A stretch of DNA of 64,000 nucleotides from an uncultured Nitrososphaeraceae archaeon (GCA_963837175.1 CAWIMJ010000057.1:1-64000); one strand, 5' to 3'. Counted from the first letter of the stretch, positions 30,853 through 41,738 are shown. The notes: generated by a model from the sequence alone, not told the origin. Program-made: numbers and translations.

Positions 30853-31410
30853 ATGAGAGTACTTGTATACTTAAGACTACAAGTAGAAGTAGCTATGACG
30901 AAGGTAATGCTGATGATATTGTTGTTATCTTTTGGGTTAGTTCTTTCTACTGTTGCTGGCATTAATAGCGTATTTGCTCAACAGACGACAGAGGAGGCAG
31001 GTGTTAAAATTACTTCACCTAAACAAAACCAAGAAATTCCAGTTGGCCAACTTACTATTTCAGGAATATCTTCAGATAATCCAACAACTGATTGCCAAGT
31101 TTCTGTAGATGTAAATGACATAAAACCTTTGCAAAATGCTACAGCAACTGGTCCTGGTGGGGTTAGCGATTATTCAACATGGAAGTTTACATATACAGAA
31201 GCATATCAGCTTATTAAAGAAGGACTAAATGAACTAACCTCGAAATTAACTTGTATTAGTAATTCTCATAATATGACAAAATATTATAGTGTGAATGTAA
31301 CTGGCGTATCTCCTACACAATCAGGGGGTAATGATATTGCTCCTTCTCTTGTCCCCACACCATCAGGGTATTTTGATGATGAAAAGAAAATAGCATCCAA
31401 AATATCATAG
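30853..31410 (+). CDS. Secreted Ig-like beta-sandwich protein
   Basis: Signal peptide ending VFAQ, then VKITSP..Q.IPVG.LTISG.SSD…C…DYSTW.F…C…YSVNVTG. Confidence 0.75.
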   Translation: MRVLVYLRLQVEVAMTKVMLMILLLSFGLVLSTVAGINSVFAQQTTEEAGVKITSPKQNQEIPVGQLTISGISSDNPTTDCQVSVDVNDIKPLQNATATGPGGVSDYSTWKFTYTEAYQLIKEGLNELTSKLTCISNSHNMTKYYSVNVTGVSPTQSGGNDIAPSLVPTPSGYFDDEKKIASKIS

Positions 31411-32040
31411 ATCCTACTGATCTCAATAACTAACTAGTAACAGTAAAGACAAATTAACAGATTGATTGATGAGACCACATCTCCATCTTATTGCTAGTGT
31501 TGGAACATTCTTTTGTTGTCCGTGTAGAATGGGATAGTTAATAAAAAAATTATCAATTATATTTATTTAGTACAGAAGTAACACTTCTGGTAGTCTTATC
31601 GAACACAATTTATAATGGCACGCTGATTAAGTGATTAGTAGTTATATTGCCTTAACTGAAAATTCGTGACATACCAAATAATTCTATGATTTGAGTTCTT
31701 TTATATAGAAATCAGTTAATTGACTTCAAAACTTAATTGAATACATTAATCGGAAGACATACACTCTAAGTATTGAAAGTTTCAAATTCTGTAATCATAG
31801 GTCCCCCAAAGAATATTGCTTTCTGCCAATCCATTTGTATCCTATATTTTATTTTTTATCTCACCTGCTTGGCTTTTCCTCAATTTTAACAACTGCAGAT
31901 ATATAGACAAAACCAAACATTAACATGCGAAACTTTTTATTTATTAATAAAACCTTACTTACAACGGTAATCACTGGGTGTGGTCTCCCCCCCTGAAAAG
32001 TGTTTCAGCTTTTATGTACTATCTAAAGAATTAGTATAAT

Positions 32041-32259
32041 ATGCATGAATATCTTTCATATACTAAGCTAGTTTATTATGATTGTATTGAATGTAAAAAG
32101 AGAACTCCTCATGTCTGTATTAGATGTCATTATTGCTATTCATGCCATCCTAAAATTGAAAGAATAGAAAAAGAGATAAGAGTAAAGATGAGATCAAATT
32201 ATAAAATGCAAAAATCGACATTTCTTATGCATACTAAAAGTGATAACAAATCCAACTAA
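32041..32259 (+). CDS. Cys/His-rich Zn-finger protein
   Basis: CIEC..RTPHVCIRCHYCYSCH. Confidence 0.7.
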   Translation: MHEYLSYTKLVYYDCIECKKRTPHVCIRCHYCYSCHPKIERIEKEIRVKMRSNYKMQKSTFLMHTKSDNKSN

Positions 32260-32922
32260 TCATATACCAGTAGCAGTAATAAGAGAAGCCAGACAACATT
32301 ATTCTTTTTCATGCAATCATAACAATGATGTTTGAACCATTTGACCATCACTCATTTTCCTTCCAAAATTTAAAGTTGTTCATAATTTCATGAGAATGAG
32401 CGAAGGATTTTGATTGCAGTTGTAATTCATCCTGCCAGAACTAAGTACTATTACACAGGTAGATTTTCAAATCCCCACACCAGATATACCTTATACTGAA
32501 GTGTGCGATTTAAATTCAGAAATTATTTAAAATAATATACTGATATGAGGTCTCTCATATTATGGGGGTTAATAGTTTAGTAATGACAGCTTTAAATTGG
32601 CAGAACTGATTTTATTATGGGATTGTCTAAAATATGTATAAAGGATAGAATGAGGGGGAAGGTGGAGCCGTTTTATTTATATTGAGTCTATTGGCTACCC
32701 TCATAATAGGCTCATGCCTTTATTTTTGACTTAATCTGTGTTCAAACGAAGCAACTATTTCTGCTTTTTATTAAATAATTTAGATTAGGTAATCTTTAGT
32801 TTAATTATCTTTGATTATGAGAAGCAAAAAGGCTTTTTTCCTTATTAATAAAAATTTTTATAATAACCCTTATAATATATTTTCAGTTAGTACAATAGGT
32901 TGTGAGATATTAAATAGTAAGA

Positions 32923-34731
32923 ATGAAGAAAAAGGAAGAATCGTCGATGCATAATTCATTGTTCAATCTGCAATTTGGTAAGTACGATACTCTAATCAAA
33001 TACACACTTGTACCCTCAATTCCTCTTTCAATAATAGCTATTCTATCTTTTAATTCTAATACATGGATGACATCTGAAATTCATCATTTTTATATTGAGT
33101 TGTTTGCAGTTTTACTTGCTGCTATTTTATCATTTTACTACATGGCACGTGCTTATACATTAAATGATAAGTTCAGTTTGTTTATAGGTATAGGATTTCT
33201 TGTTAACGCTTTAATTGACTTGTTGCATGTCATAGTATCTTATACTTTTATGGATGAATTTCTCTTTCTCAAGTACTTTATACCACAGACATGGTTTGCA
33301 GGAAGAACATTTCTCAGTGCTATGTTCGCAATAGCAATTGCAGCATATCCTGCATTAACTGCTTCTGGAATTTCTAAGAAATCATCTTCCTCATCCTCAT
33401 CACCTATTATTAGTTCTACCTCCTTACCATCATCACCACCACCACCATCATCATCATCAGCCCGCCGCCTACAAGCAGCAGAATCCTTACCACTACTACC
33501 ATCTCTGCGAGAAGATAACAACAAAAAACAAAAAATACCAAAATTCCTTGTTGCATCTCTAGTTATACTTACTATTGGTTTTGCGTACGTAGCACTTAGT
33601 TCACTTTTTATAATTTATCCTGGTTCTGTAATAGATGATTTTCCTATACATAGGCCCTATGAGCTGCCTGGACTTGCTTTATTTTTAGTAGCTTTATTTT
33701 ATTTTTATAAAAATCAACTTTATAAGAAAAGTGATGTTTTCTATAAAGGAATAGTGGGTTCACTAGTTATAGATATTTTTGGACAAATTATAATGTCATA
33801 TTCTACTACCTCATTTGATACAGCACATAACGTAGCTCATGCTTTAAAGGATGCAGCCTATTTTGTTAATATTATTGGATTGGCACTATCAAGTATTCAA
33901 TATAATGAAAAATTAAAAGAAGCTAATTGGAATTTAATAGAAAGAGAAGAAATAATTCGCTCTCAGTTAGAGAAGTTAAAAGAATCAGATAAGATGAAAG
34001 ATGATTTTATCAATATAGCAGCTCATGAACTGCGAACACCTATACAGCCTATACTTGGTTTATCTGAGTTTATCCGGCCTAAAGTAAATTTTAAAGAGCG
34101 TGAATATATCGATGTTATTATAAGAAATGCAAAAAGACTAAAACGCCTTACAGAAAACATACTAGATGTCACAAAAATGGAGAGCCATTCGCTAAAACTA
34201 AACAAGGAAAGATGCAATCTAAATGATGTAATAACAAATACTATAGATGATATGATACTAAATAGAGAATTTAAGAATAAAAGGAATAATGATAATATTG
34301 ATGATATAAAATTATTGTATGAACCTAAAGATATGTTTGTAGAAGCAGACAGAACCAGACTGATGCAGGTTATTTACAATCTGTTAAGCAATGCCATAAA
34401 ATTCACAAAAGAAGGTAGAATCATTATTACAATAGAAAAGAATGATAACAAAGAGGAAGTTGTCGTTAGTATTAAAGATACTGGTGAAGGTATAGATTCT
34501 GAAATATTACCACAACTATTTTCCAAATTTGCTTCAAAGTCTTATCAAGGGACTGGATTAGGATTATTTATCGCTAAAAGTATTGTGGAAGCCCACGGTG
34601 GCAAGATATGGGCTGAAAATAATAATGATAATGATAATAATAGTATTGCTGATAGCAAAGAAAAAGGATCTACTTTTTACTTTACCCTGCCACTTATTAA
34701 TCAACAACTAAATGTAAATGTGGTTGATTAA
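32923..34731 (+). CDS. Membrane sensor histidine kinase (MASE-like TM sensor, HisKA, HATPase)
   Basis: Multi-TM N-terminus; AAHELRTP, NLLSNAIKF, DTGEGI and GTGLGL boxes. Confidence 0.93.
   Translation: MKKKEESSMHNSLFNLQFGKYDTLIKYTLVPSIPLSIIAILSFNSNTWMTSEIHHFYIELFAVLLAAILSFYYMARAYTLNDKFSLFIGIGFLVNALIDLLHVIVSYTFMDEFLFLKYFIPQTWFAGRTFLSAMFAIAIAAYPALTASGISKKSSSSSSSPIISSTSLPSSPPPPSSSSARRLQAAESLPLLPSLREDNNKKQKIPKFLVASLVILTIGFAYVALSSLFIIYPGSVIDDFPIHRPYELPGLALFLVALFYFYKNQLYKKSDVFYKGIVGSLVIDIFGQIIMSYSTTSFDTAHNVAHALKDAAYFVNIIGLALSSIQYNEKLKEANWNLIEREEIIRSQLEKLKESDKMKDDFINIAAHELRTPIQPILGLSEFIRPKVNFKEREYIDVIIRNAKRLKRLTENILDVTKMESHSLKLNKERCNLNDVITNTIDDMILNREFKNKRNNDNIDDIKLLYEPKDMFVEADRTRLMQVIYNLLSNAIKFTKEGRIIITIEKNDNKEEVVVSIKDTGEGIDSEILPQLFSKFASKSYQGTGLGLFIAKSIVEAHGGKIWAENNNDNDNNSIADSKEKGSTFYFTLPLINQQLNVNVVD
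33381..33460. repeat. TCA/CCA microsatellite encoding a Ser/Pro low-complexity insert in the kinase
   Basis: tcatcttcctcatcctcatca…ccatcatcaccaccaccaccatcatcatcatca. Confidence 0.75.
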
Positions 34732-34744
34732 TAATAACCAAGAG

Positions 34745-35010
34745 AGAGTCTTGTTGGTAAATGACGGACGAATCCGATGCTATTTTAGCAATAAAGATAG
34801 TTTTAAATGAAAAATTGAATTCCAAGTTGATTCCTTTACTGATCCATTTGTTGGTATTGGAGAAGCTTAAAGAAGCCGGGTCTGTATGAATTCTAATTCT
34901 TAATGTTAAAATGCCAGATATGATATCCTTGAGTCATATAGCCAAATAAAAAGAAGAAGATTGATAATAAGTTAAGGTTTATTTTCTGACGGCAGGTTAG
35001 ATGTATCTAG
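34745..35010 (+). pseudogene. Response-regulator receiver domain pseudogene
   Basis: Multi-frameshift translation RVLLV…DAILAIKIVL…FQVDSFTDP…ILNVKMPDM…IDNK…FLTAG*MY, directly after the kinase. Confidence 0.8.
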
Positions 35011-35306
35011 GTATATAGAGATATGTTTGAAATATTGAATATTAAATGTTTTATTCAGAAGCCAATTGAATATATAGCATTGGTCGCTCGATTAAACAAA
35101 ATATGATAATAGATCAACAACAAATAAATATATACAAGATTATAAAAATATGAACTAAAGTTTGATAGGTTTGTTGCCCTGTACAAATCAGCTAGATCTG
35201 AGAACTTAAAGTTTGATTGATAGCCAGAACAGAAGAGCAACAAAGACCAATGATAAACGTTCCTTAAATTGGGATTCCTCATCATTCATTTATAGGAAAT
35301 TATGTA

Positions 35307-36176
35307 TCATAACAATTTAGAATTAATGTTTAAAATTGCCTTTGCTTGTTTATAATGAACGGCGTCTATCATTTTTCCTTCAAGCTTGACTGCGCCTCTA
35401 CCGCTTCCTCTTTCCATTGTTTGGCCTAATGCTTCTATTACTTTCTTTGCCCACTCAATTTCATTTTTTGTTGGTATGAAAATCTTATGTACAGGTTCTA
35501 TCTGACTAGGATGAATAACGCTTTTGCCTGAATAACCTAGGCGTTTTGCAACAATCGCATCCTTAATTAATCCATTAGTATCGTCTACTTTTTGCCAGAT
35601 GGCATCAATAGCTGACACTCCAGCAGCTTTTGCATCCACAGGGATTTTTCCACGAGCATACATGTATTCAATACCATCATTTTCAGCGTAATCAAGACCC
35701 ATATCATAAAGAAAATCAAAAACTCCGAAAATTACTGTATTTACTCTCTGATCCGCCTTTGCTATAAAAAAAGTATTTACTACGCCTTTTGCAGTTTCTA
35801 TAGACGGCATCAATTTAATACTTCCCTTTTCGATTCCTCTTTCATCTTCAAGGATAGAGATAAATCTAGTAATGTCGACGATTTCATTTTCATCATTCAC
35901 CTTTGGTATAACAATGCCATCAACTCCATTCTGAATAATCTCTTTTAAATCTGAGAAAGCCATCCCAGAATTTAATGAGTTTATCCTGATGTAGAGATTT
36001 GTTTTATATTCTGTTCTATCTTTAAGTGTCTGAGTAATCATCTGTCTTGCTGCAGCTTTTTCATTCATTGGAACAGAATCCTCTAAATCAAAACATGTTA
36101 TATCGGCAGTGAGTGTCTTGGCTTTATCAATAAAACGTCTGCTGTTGCTTGGGACAAAAATGAGACTTCTAAACAT
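35307..36176 (-). CDS. CitE-like CoA-ester lyase (HpcH/HpaI aldolase-citrate lyase family)
   Basis: RSLIFVP, DLEDSV, RIN, IETAKG, GK.VIHPSQI and GKMIDA. Confidence 0.9.
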   Translation of the reverse strand: MFRSLIFVPSNSRRFIDKAKTLTADITCFDLEDSVPMNEKAAARQMITQTLKDRTEYKTNLYIRINSLNSGMAFSDLKEIIQNGVDGIVIPKVNDENEIVDITRFISILEDERGIEKGSIKLMPSIETAKGVVNTFFIAKADQRVNTVIFGVFDFLYDMGLDYAENDGIEYMYARGKIPVDAKAAGVSAIDAIWQKVDDTNGLIKDAIVAKRLGYSGKSVIHPSQIEPVHKIFIPTKNEIEWAKKVIEALGQTMERGSGRGAVKLEGKMIDAVHYKQAKAILNINSKLL

Positions 36177-36200
36177 CTCAATATTAAAAGTATGTTAAGA

Positions 36201-37250
36201 TTAGAGTTTCTGTGGAGTAGTAAGAATTTTTCCAATCTGTTCAGCATTGGCCATCAAGGCATGACCTTTTACCATGTCATTGAAGGGTAGAGTTGTATAA
36301 ATAAGAGGTTTTATCTTATCTTTACCTGTCCAATACACTACTTCTTCGAGCTCAGCTCTAGTTCCCTGCGTAGACCCTAGCCAATTTGTTCCTTTGAAGA
36401 ATAGGTATCTCAAGTCAATAGTTGAATCATACCCCGTCGTAGCACCAGTAGCAACAAGCGTTCCTCCCATTTTCAAAAGACTGACTTCTTGTGGAAATGT
36501 GGCTTTTCCGATATGCTCAAAGACAACATCAACGCCTTGTTTCTTTGTAATTTCTCTTACTTTTTTATACCAATCTGCTTCCCTGTGATTAACTACATGG
36601 TCCGCACCTATCTCCAAACATTTATCCATTTTTTCCTTATTTCCCGCGGTAGCGATAACATTACAGTTGTATAACTTTGAAATCTGAATCCCAGACATGC
36701 CTACACCACTAGTTCCTCCCATTATCAGAACCGTTTGACCTGGCTTTATCTTGGCCCTACCGACTAACATATGCCATGAAGTCATTCCTACCATTGAAAT
36801 TGCTGCTGCCGCATCAAACGATACGTTATCTGGTATTTTTACCACATTGACCTCAGGCAAATGAGTGTATTGAGCAAAACCTCCCCATAGTGGGCCTGTC
36901 TGAAAACCCCATATCGTTCTATCATTACAATCGTACTCTCTGCCAGAGGTACACATATCGCAGACCCTACAGCTCATATTGGAATGAGAGACAACCCTGT
37001 CTCCGATCTTCAATTTTGAAACATCCTCGCCAACTTCTACTATGGGTCCTGCCACATCACTGCCAGAAATATGCGGCAGTGGAGTCTTTATGGGATCACC
37101 CCAAATAGCCCACAGGTCATTATAATTGTAGGATGCTGATTCTACTTTTATCATAACTTCATTTGCTTTCAACTTTGGCATGTCAATATCTTCAATCTTC
37201 ACAACTTTTGTTGGATCTTTATTATATTCACGAAAGACGGCTGCCTTCAT
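36201..37250 (-). CDS. Zn-binding medium-chain dehydrogenase/reductase
   Basis: PHISGSD, structural Zn CRVCDMC…C and GGTSGVG. Confidence 0.9.
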   Translation of the reverse strand: MKAAVFREYNKDPTKVVKIEDIDMPKLKANEVMIKVESASYNYNDLWAIWGDPIKTPLPHISGSDVAGPIVEVGEDVSKLKIGDRVVSHSNMSCRVCDMCTSGREYDCNDRTIWGFQTGPLWGGFAQYTHLPEVNVVKIPDNVSFDAAAAISMVGMTSWHMLVGRAKIKPGQTVLIMGGTSGVGMSGIQISKLYNCNVIATAGNKEKMDKCLEIGADHVVNHREADWYKKVREITKKQGVDVVFEHIGKATFPQEVSLLKMGGTLVATGATTGYDSTIDLRYLFFKGTNWLGSTQGTRAELEEVVYWTGKDKIKPLIYTTLPFNDMVKGHALMANAEQIGKILTTPQKL

Positions 37251-37423
37251 AAAGTTGAAGGATTGTTTAATACTTAATATATTTAACTAGACTTTTGTGT
37301 AGCCAAAGTAGTTTCTCAGGTACGAAGTCCATCACTGCGTGTATATGATGGATCCGCACTAGAATGATACGAAAGTTGAATAAAAGGTTGTGCATTCAAA
37401 AGATTAGAAGTAATTGCATATCA

Positions 37424-37714
37424 TTAACGTCTATTTATTTTGAAATCTCTTTTTGGTTGCTGTAGACTAAGTAAAATCTGTTTCAATTCGTCATCTGTAA
37501 GAGCTCTATTCAGTCTTCCTGTTGATGCTGCATTTATAAGATAATTTTCTACAGCAGCAGCAAGTTCTGGTTTTACTATTCGTACATTCATTAGCCTCTG
37601 ACGAGCTGCAGGATCCAGCAGAACTAGTAAAGCGCGTTGTCGCATAGCTGTGGCTTCAGCCTCTCGTCGCCTTGCTTCCTCGTCATTTGGTTGTGGTGTT
37701 TGAGGGGTTGACAT
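37424..37714 (-). CDS. PDCD5-like DNA-binding protein
   Basis: LDPAARQRL.N.R.VKPE.A..VE; sits next to rps19e. Confidence 0.9.
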   Translation of the reverse strand: MSTPQTPQPNDEEARRREAEATAMRQRALLVLLDPAARQRLMNVRIVKPELAAAVENYLINAASTGRLNRALTDDELKQILLSLQQPKRDFKINRR

Positions 37715-37733
37715 ATACCTTCAAGGAGAAAAA

Positions 37734-38186
37734 CTACGCATATCGTTGCAACTCCGGTGAGGTCTTGATAATTTCATTATGAATTTCAGTGGCTAACCTA
37801 TCCATTTTTTTCGTCCCGTCATCTGTCATTAATCTACCTTTATTTTTTTTGGTTATGTAGCCAGCTGACTCCAATTGTTGTAATCCCTTGCGGATAATTG
37901 CCCCACCAGCATCTTTATGATGATCCAAATTATATCCAATCCTTTTTCTACCGCCATACGCACTTTTCAAATCAGAAATTCCTATGGGACCGTGCATGTA
38001 AACTTTCCTTACTAAAGAAGCACATCTAATGTACCACCAGTCTTTATTTTGGGGAATTTTTTCAGTGTGAGGACCGGTCTTGACAAATGCTGACCAACTT
38101 GGAGGTTCAATTTTTTTATCTTTCTTTAGCTGTTCAGCCAGTCTGGCAATGAGATAAGTGGCTGGAATATCATAAGCCTTAGCCAT
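37734..38186 (-). CDS. rps19e: 30S ribosomal protein S19e
   Basis: W..FVKTG, DWWYIRCAS..RK.Y, YGGRK and LQQLE.AG. Confidence 0.97.
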   Translation of the reverse strand: MAKAYDIPATYLIARLAEQLKKDKKIEPPSWSAFVKTGPHTEKIPQNKDWWYIRCASLVRKVYMHGPIGISDLKSAYGGRKRIGYNLDHHKDAGGAIIRKGLQQLESAGYITKKNKGRLMTDDGTKKMDRLATEIHNEIIKTSPELQRYA

Positions 38187-38217
38187 AGTTATTACTGAAC
38201 TATCACGCGATAGATCC

Positions 38218-38225
38218 CTTATAAA
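38218..38225 (-). promoter_or_regulatory. Putative TATA box for rps19e
   Basis: TTTATAAG on the minus strand, about 32 bp upstream of the ATG and preceded by a purine-rich BRE-like AAGGA. Confidence 0.5.
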
Positions 38226-38247
38226 TCCTTATTCTCATTTGAGAGAA

Positions 38248-38559
38248 TTATTTTCTAGGTACTAAGACTTTACGATAAGTGTGGTTACATTTCATACAAG
38301 TAATTCTTAATGCTTTTGTATTAGATCTCCCTATTCTTACTCGAGCATTTCTTCCTGGAACAATAAAATATTTGCACTTTTTGCAGTATAACTGACGTAT
38401 ATGATAGGGAAGTTTCAGCCTATATCGCATGGCAATTTTTTTGGCAAGCATTGCTTGGTCATCTGCAAGCTTTTCATTAGCTCTGACTTCTACTAAAGCA
38501 TTTGCTATTAAAAGATCAATTCTTTCTTTTGCAATCTCTTTTACAATTTGTTTTTTCAC
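38248..38559 (-). CDS. rnp4: Ribonuclease P protein component 4 (Rpp21)
   Basis: IAKERI, YCKKC…PG.NARVR…CMKC. Confidence 0.92.
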   Translation of the reverse strand: MKKQIVKEIAKERIDLLIANALVEVRANEKLADDQAMLAKKIAMRYRLKLPYHIRQLYCKKCKYFIVPGRNARVRIGRSNTKALRITCMKCNHTYRKVLVPRK

Positions 38560-38669
38560 AATCGCTAAATGGTATATTAAATAACCGTTATAAAAATACT
38601 GGTTGTTAATATAAGTTATAAAGATTTAATAAAGTAAATAAGTTGTTAGATTAATAGAAATTTGACAGA

Positions 38670-39065
38670 ATGGTAGATTTTGACAAATTAGAGGAATTAG
38701 CGAAAGAATATATAGATTTGAAAAAGCATGACGGAGAATCCATGAGGAATAATTTTGCACTTACGCTTATAGGTCTCATATCATCAAAGGATTTCGCTTT
38801 TCCACTGAAGAAGGAAACAGTTGAAAGTAACGGAACGACAACATTTATTTATATGAATAATGATACTTATCCAAATCTAATCGAGTTTATTGCCGAGACA
38901 TTGCATCTAAAAATACCTATTATGATCAATAATGCAAAGTTTGGACCAGGAGAAATTATAGTAAACAATGACAATGAAAAAGAAGCAAAACAAGACTTAG
39001 TTTCTTCGGTTATGGAATTACAAAAATTGATTATTGGAAAGAAGAATAAATTTTTTGCGATATAA
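38670..39065 (+). CDS. Conserved hypothetical protein
   Basis: 131-aa ATG ORF with protein-like composition. Confidence 0.7.
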   Translation: MVDFDKLEELAKEYIDLKKHDGESMRNNFALTLIGLISSKDFAFPLKKETVESNGTTTFIYMNNDTYPNLIEFIAETLHLKIPIMINNAKFGPGEIIVNNDNEKEAKQDLVSSVMELQKLIIGKKNKFFAI

Positions 39066-39703
39066 AGGTGAGTTGTCTAGCATACAGATTTGGTCTTGTT
39101 AGAATATTAATATATATTTTTGTAATGAGAATTTGCTAGCCTGATTTAAGATAATATATTAAATCACCTCGCATCCTACCTTTATTTATAAAATATATAA
39201 AAAATCAATATTCGATCTTTTATGCCGAACTTGAAGATACGCACGAAGCAGCCTGTTTACTAGAGTTTGGATTTTATATATGAAGAATATATAGATTTGA
39301 ATATGATAATTAAGATTTATTCTTTTTAAAGTCAGATTGTTCCAAAAGACTTTATAAATGGTCACAGTTTTATATAGTTATTTTCATTTCTATGTTTTTT
39401 ATCTTCTCATTTTATTATTATAGAATATTACCGTATGCTATAACATACTAATTTTTTTTTGAAACGATAAAACTATCAAAATCTATCATAATTAGGCAAT
39501 AAACACATATTGAAGTAGAATTGAAGAAGAATCTCTTATCTTGCTATCTATTGTATCTCCTCTCATTATTATATTGCAAAACAGCAAGTCCGACATAATT
39601 TGTGTTAGATTCCTATTAAATAGTATTCATTATCTATATAATAAATCTTGGCAAGAAATATGAAAGATTATAAACATCTCATTAGTTATCAAAGAAAATT
39701 AAA

Positions 39704-40933
39704 TTGTCTGCGTACAAAAAATTTCAAAAACTCGTTGAATTAGAACCATTGCATTTGACTGGGTTGATAATAGGATCTATTTTATCTACAATGTTCTTGT
39801 TATTTTCTCAAAGTTCAGTTGTAGCTCCTTGTATTACCTATGACTCATCTAGTAATATAATTACAGTTACCTGTAGTTCTGCAAGTCTTACTGACATTAA
39901 TAATCAATTAAACGACGATAACATTCTCTCTAAACAACAACAAGAGTCTAATGTAATATGGTTATTAAATGCAGGTATTGTAGTTGCTAATAACGCTGCA
40001 TTATATATCAATTCTACAGATACTACCTGGCTTAAGATTAATGCCTATGGAGATACTGCTAATGGAATAGATGTCCATGGTAGATTAAAGATTGATTCAG
40101 TAAAGATAACTTCATGGAATATGCAAACAAATGATTATGCTAAAACTGATGTACAAGGAAAGATACCTAGACCATATATATTCGTCGGAGATGATGCAAC
40201 AGGGACTACAGATATTATCAATTCCGAATTGGCATATCTTGGATATGAGGGTGACTATCGTACCCCTGGTCTTAGATATGATGGAGGTTCTGCAAGTCTG
40301 GTGAAAGGTAATCATATACACAATCTTCAAACTGGTTTCTATTCAGATGGAGTAGGTGGAATGATTATTGAAGGTAATCTCATCCATGACAATACCATTT
40401 ATGGACTAGATCCTCATACTGGGACACATGATATGATAATTCGCAATAATGTGGTTCATAACAATGGAGAGGAGGGAATAATCTGTTCACTAGATTGTTA
40501 CAACATTACAATTGAAGGTAATAAAGTATACAATAATTCAGATGCAGGTATAATGTTTAGTAGAAATATGTACAATTCAGTAGCAAGGAACAACTATGTA
40601 CATAATGAAGTTAAAGGGATATTTGTATCAGCATCAAATAATAATCAAATATATAATAACACAATTTCAGATAGTATAGATGGAATTTATGTAAAGGCAG
40701 AAGCTGCAAACAATAAAATATATGATAATACCATCACAAATGCTAAATCAAATGGCATACTTGTCAATACAGGTGCACATGATAATACATTTAGCTCTAA
40801 TACAATAACCAATGCTACAAAATTTGGCATAAATGTTGCTCCAGATTCAAATAATAATATATTTGAAAACAACAAGCTAATTAATTCTAAGGCCGCAGGC
40901 CAACAAGAATCGGTAAAGTATGAATATCGGTGA
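39704..40933 (+). CDS. Exported right-handed parallel beta-helix protein (AlgG/NosD-like)
   Basis: N-terminal TM, PbH1 repeats (N.I..N) and YGLDPHTG. Confidence 0.85.
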   Translation: MSAYKKFQKLVELEPLHLTGLIIGSILSTMFLLFSQSSVVAPCITYDSSSNIITVTCSSASLTDINNQLNDDNILSKQQQESNVIWLLNAGIVVANNAALYINSTDTTWLKINAYGDTANGIDVHGRLKIDSVKITSWNMQTNDYAKTDVQGKIPRPYIFVGDDATGTTDIINSELAYLGYEGDYRTPGLRYDGGSASLVKGNHIHNLQTGFYSDGVGGMIIEGNLIHDNTIYGLDPHTGTHDMIIRNNVVHNNGEEGIICSLDCYNITIEGNKVYNNSDAGIMFSRNMYNSVARNNYVHNEVKGIFVSASNNNQIYNNTISDSIDGIYVKAEAANNKIYDNTITNAKSNGILVNTGAHDNTFSSNTITNATKFGINVAPDSNNNIFENNKLINSKAAGQQESVKYEYR

Positions 40934-41237
40934 TGATAATGATAATGATGATCGTATCTGAAATCCTTTAAGAATATCCTTCAGACTTTTTTTTGTTATT
41001 ATATCATACTAAAAAATTAATTCTGATGCCAGTGGGGCTCCGGACGACTGATTAATGGCAAAGATGGATAAATTATTCCTAATATAATTTTCAGTATAGG
41101 AATGCTGATTAGACAGCAGCATTCATTAGCAAAAATAAAAGAAAATCCTCTTAATTATTGGTTGCTGTCGTACAGGATAATCTACATTTTTTGAGTCAAG
41201 CGGTTTACGTGGAGGTTGTGGCAGTAACTTCTCCTGC

Positions 41238-41738
41238 CTATTGTTGTTGTCGTCTTTGTTTTTCTTTTAAGCCTGGCAGAAAGTTTTCCCATTCTTCTTC
41301 ATCAGAGACCTCGTCTACCAGTAAATCCTCAAATATCTCATGAGTGACAAGGTCTTTCATATGATATTTTTTTGCTAACTTGTTATACTTTTCTATTGCA
41401 CACCTTTCGCCTTTGAGGACACGTTCTACTATGCTGGCAAGATCTGCTCTGTCATCCGGTGGCTCAGAAAAGCCGCATGTAGAGGCATTCATGACATCAG
41501 TCGTTGGTTCACCACCAAGCTGAAGTATCCTCTCTATTAGTTCCTTTGCGTGATTCAACTCGTCCTTTGATTGTTCCTCAAGTTTAGATTTGAGTGCCTC
41601 CGCATCTATGCCCTCTATCACCTGAGCATAAAGAAAGTATTGATAATGAGCTAACCATTCGTCTGCATACGCTGAATTAAGATCCTTTATCACTTCATCT
41701 ACATCCATTTCTACTATTTCTCGTCCCTTTTGTCCCAT
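41238..41738 (-). CDS. DPS-like (DPSL) / bacterioferritin-like protein
   Basis: AYADEWLAHYQY, DELNHA..L.ERI.QLGGEP and ERCAI..Y…KD.VT…L.DE..E. Confidence 0.9.
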   Translation of the reverse strand: MGQKGREIVEMDVDEVIKDLNSAYADEWLAHYQYFLYAQVIEGIDAEALKSKLEEQSKDELNHAKELIERILQLGGEPTTDVMNASTCGFSEPPDDRADLASIVERVLKGERCAIEKYNKLAKKYHMKDLVTHEIFEDLLVDEVSDEEEWENFLPGLKEKQRRQQQ

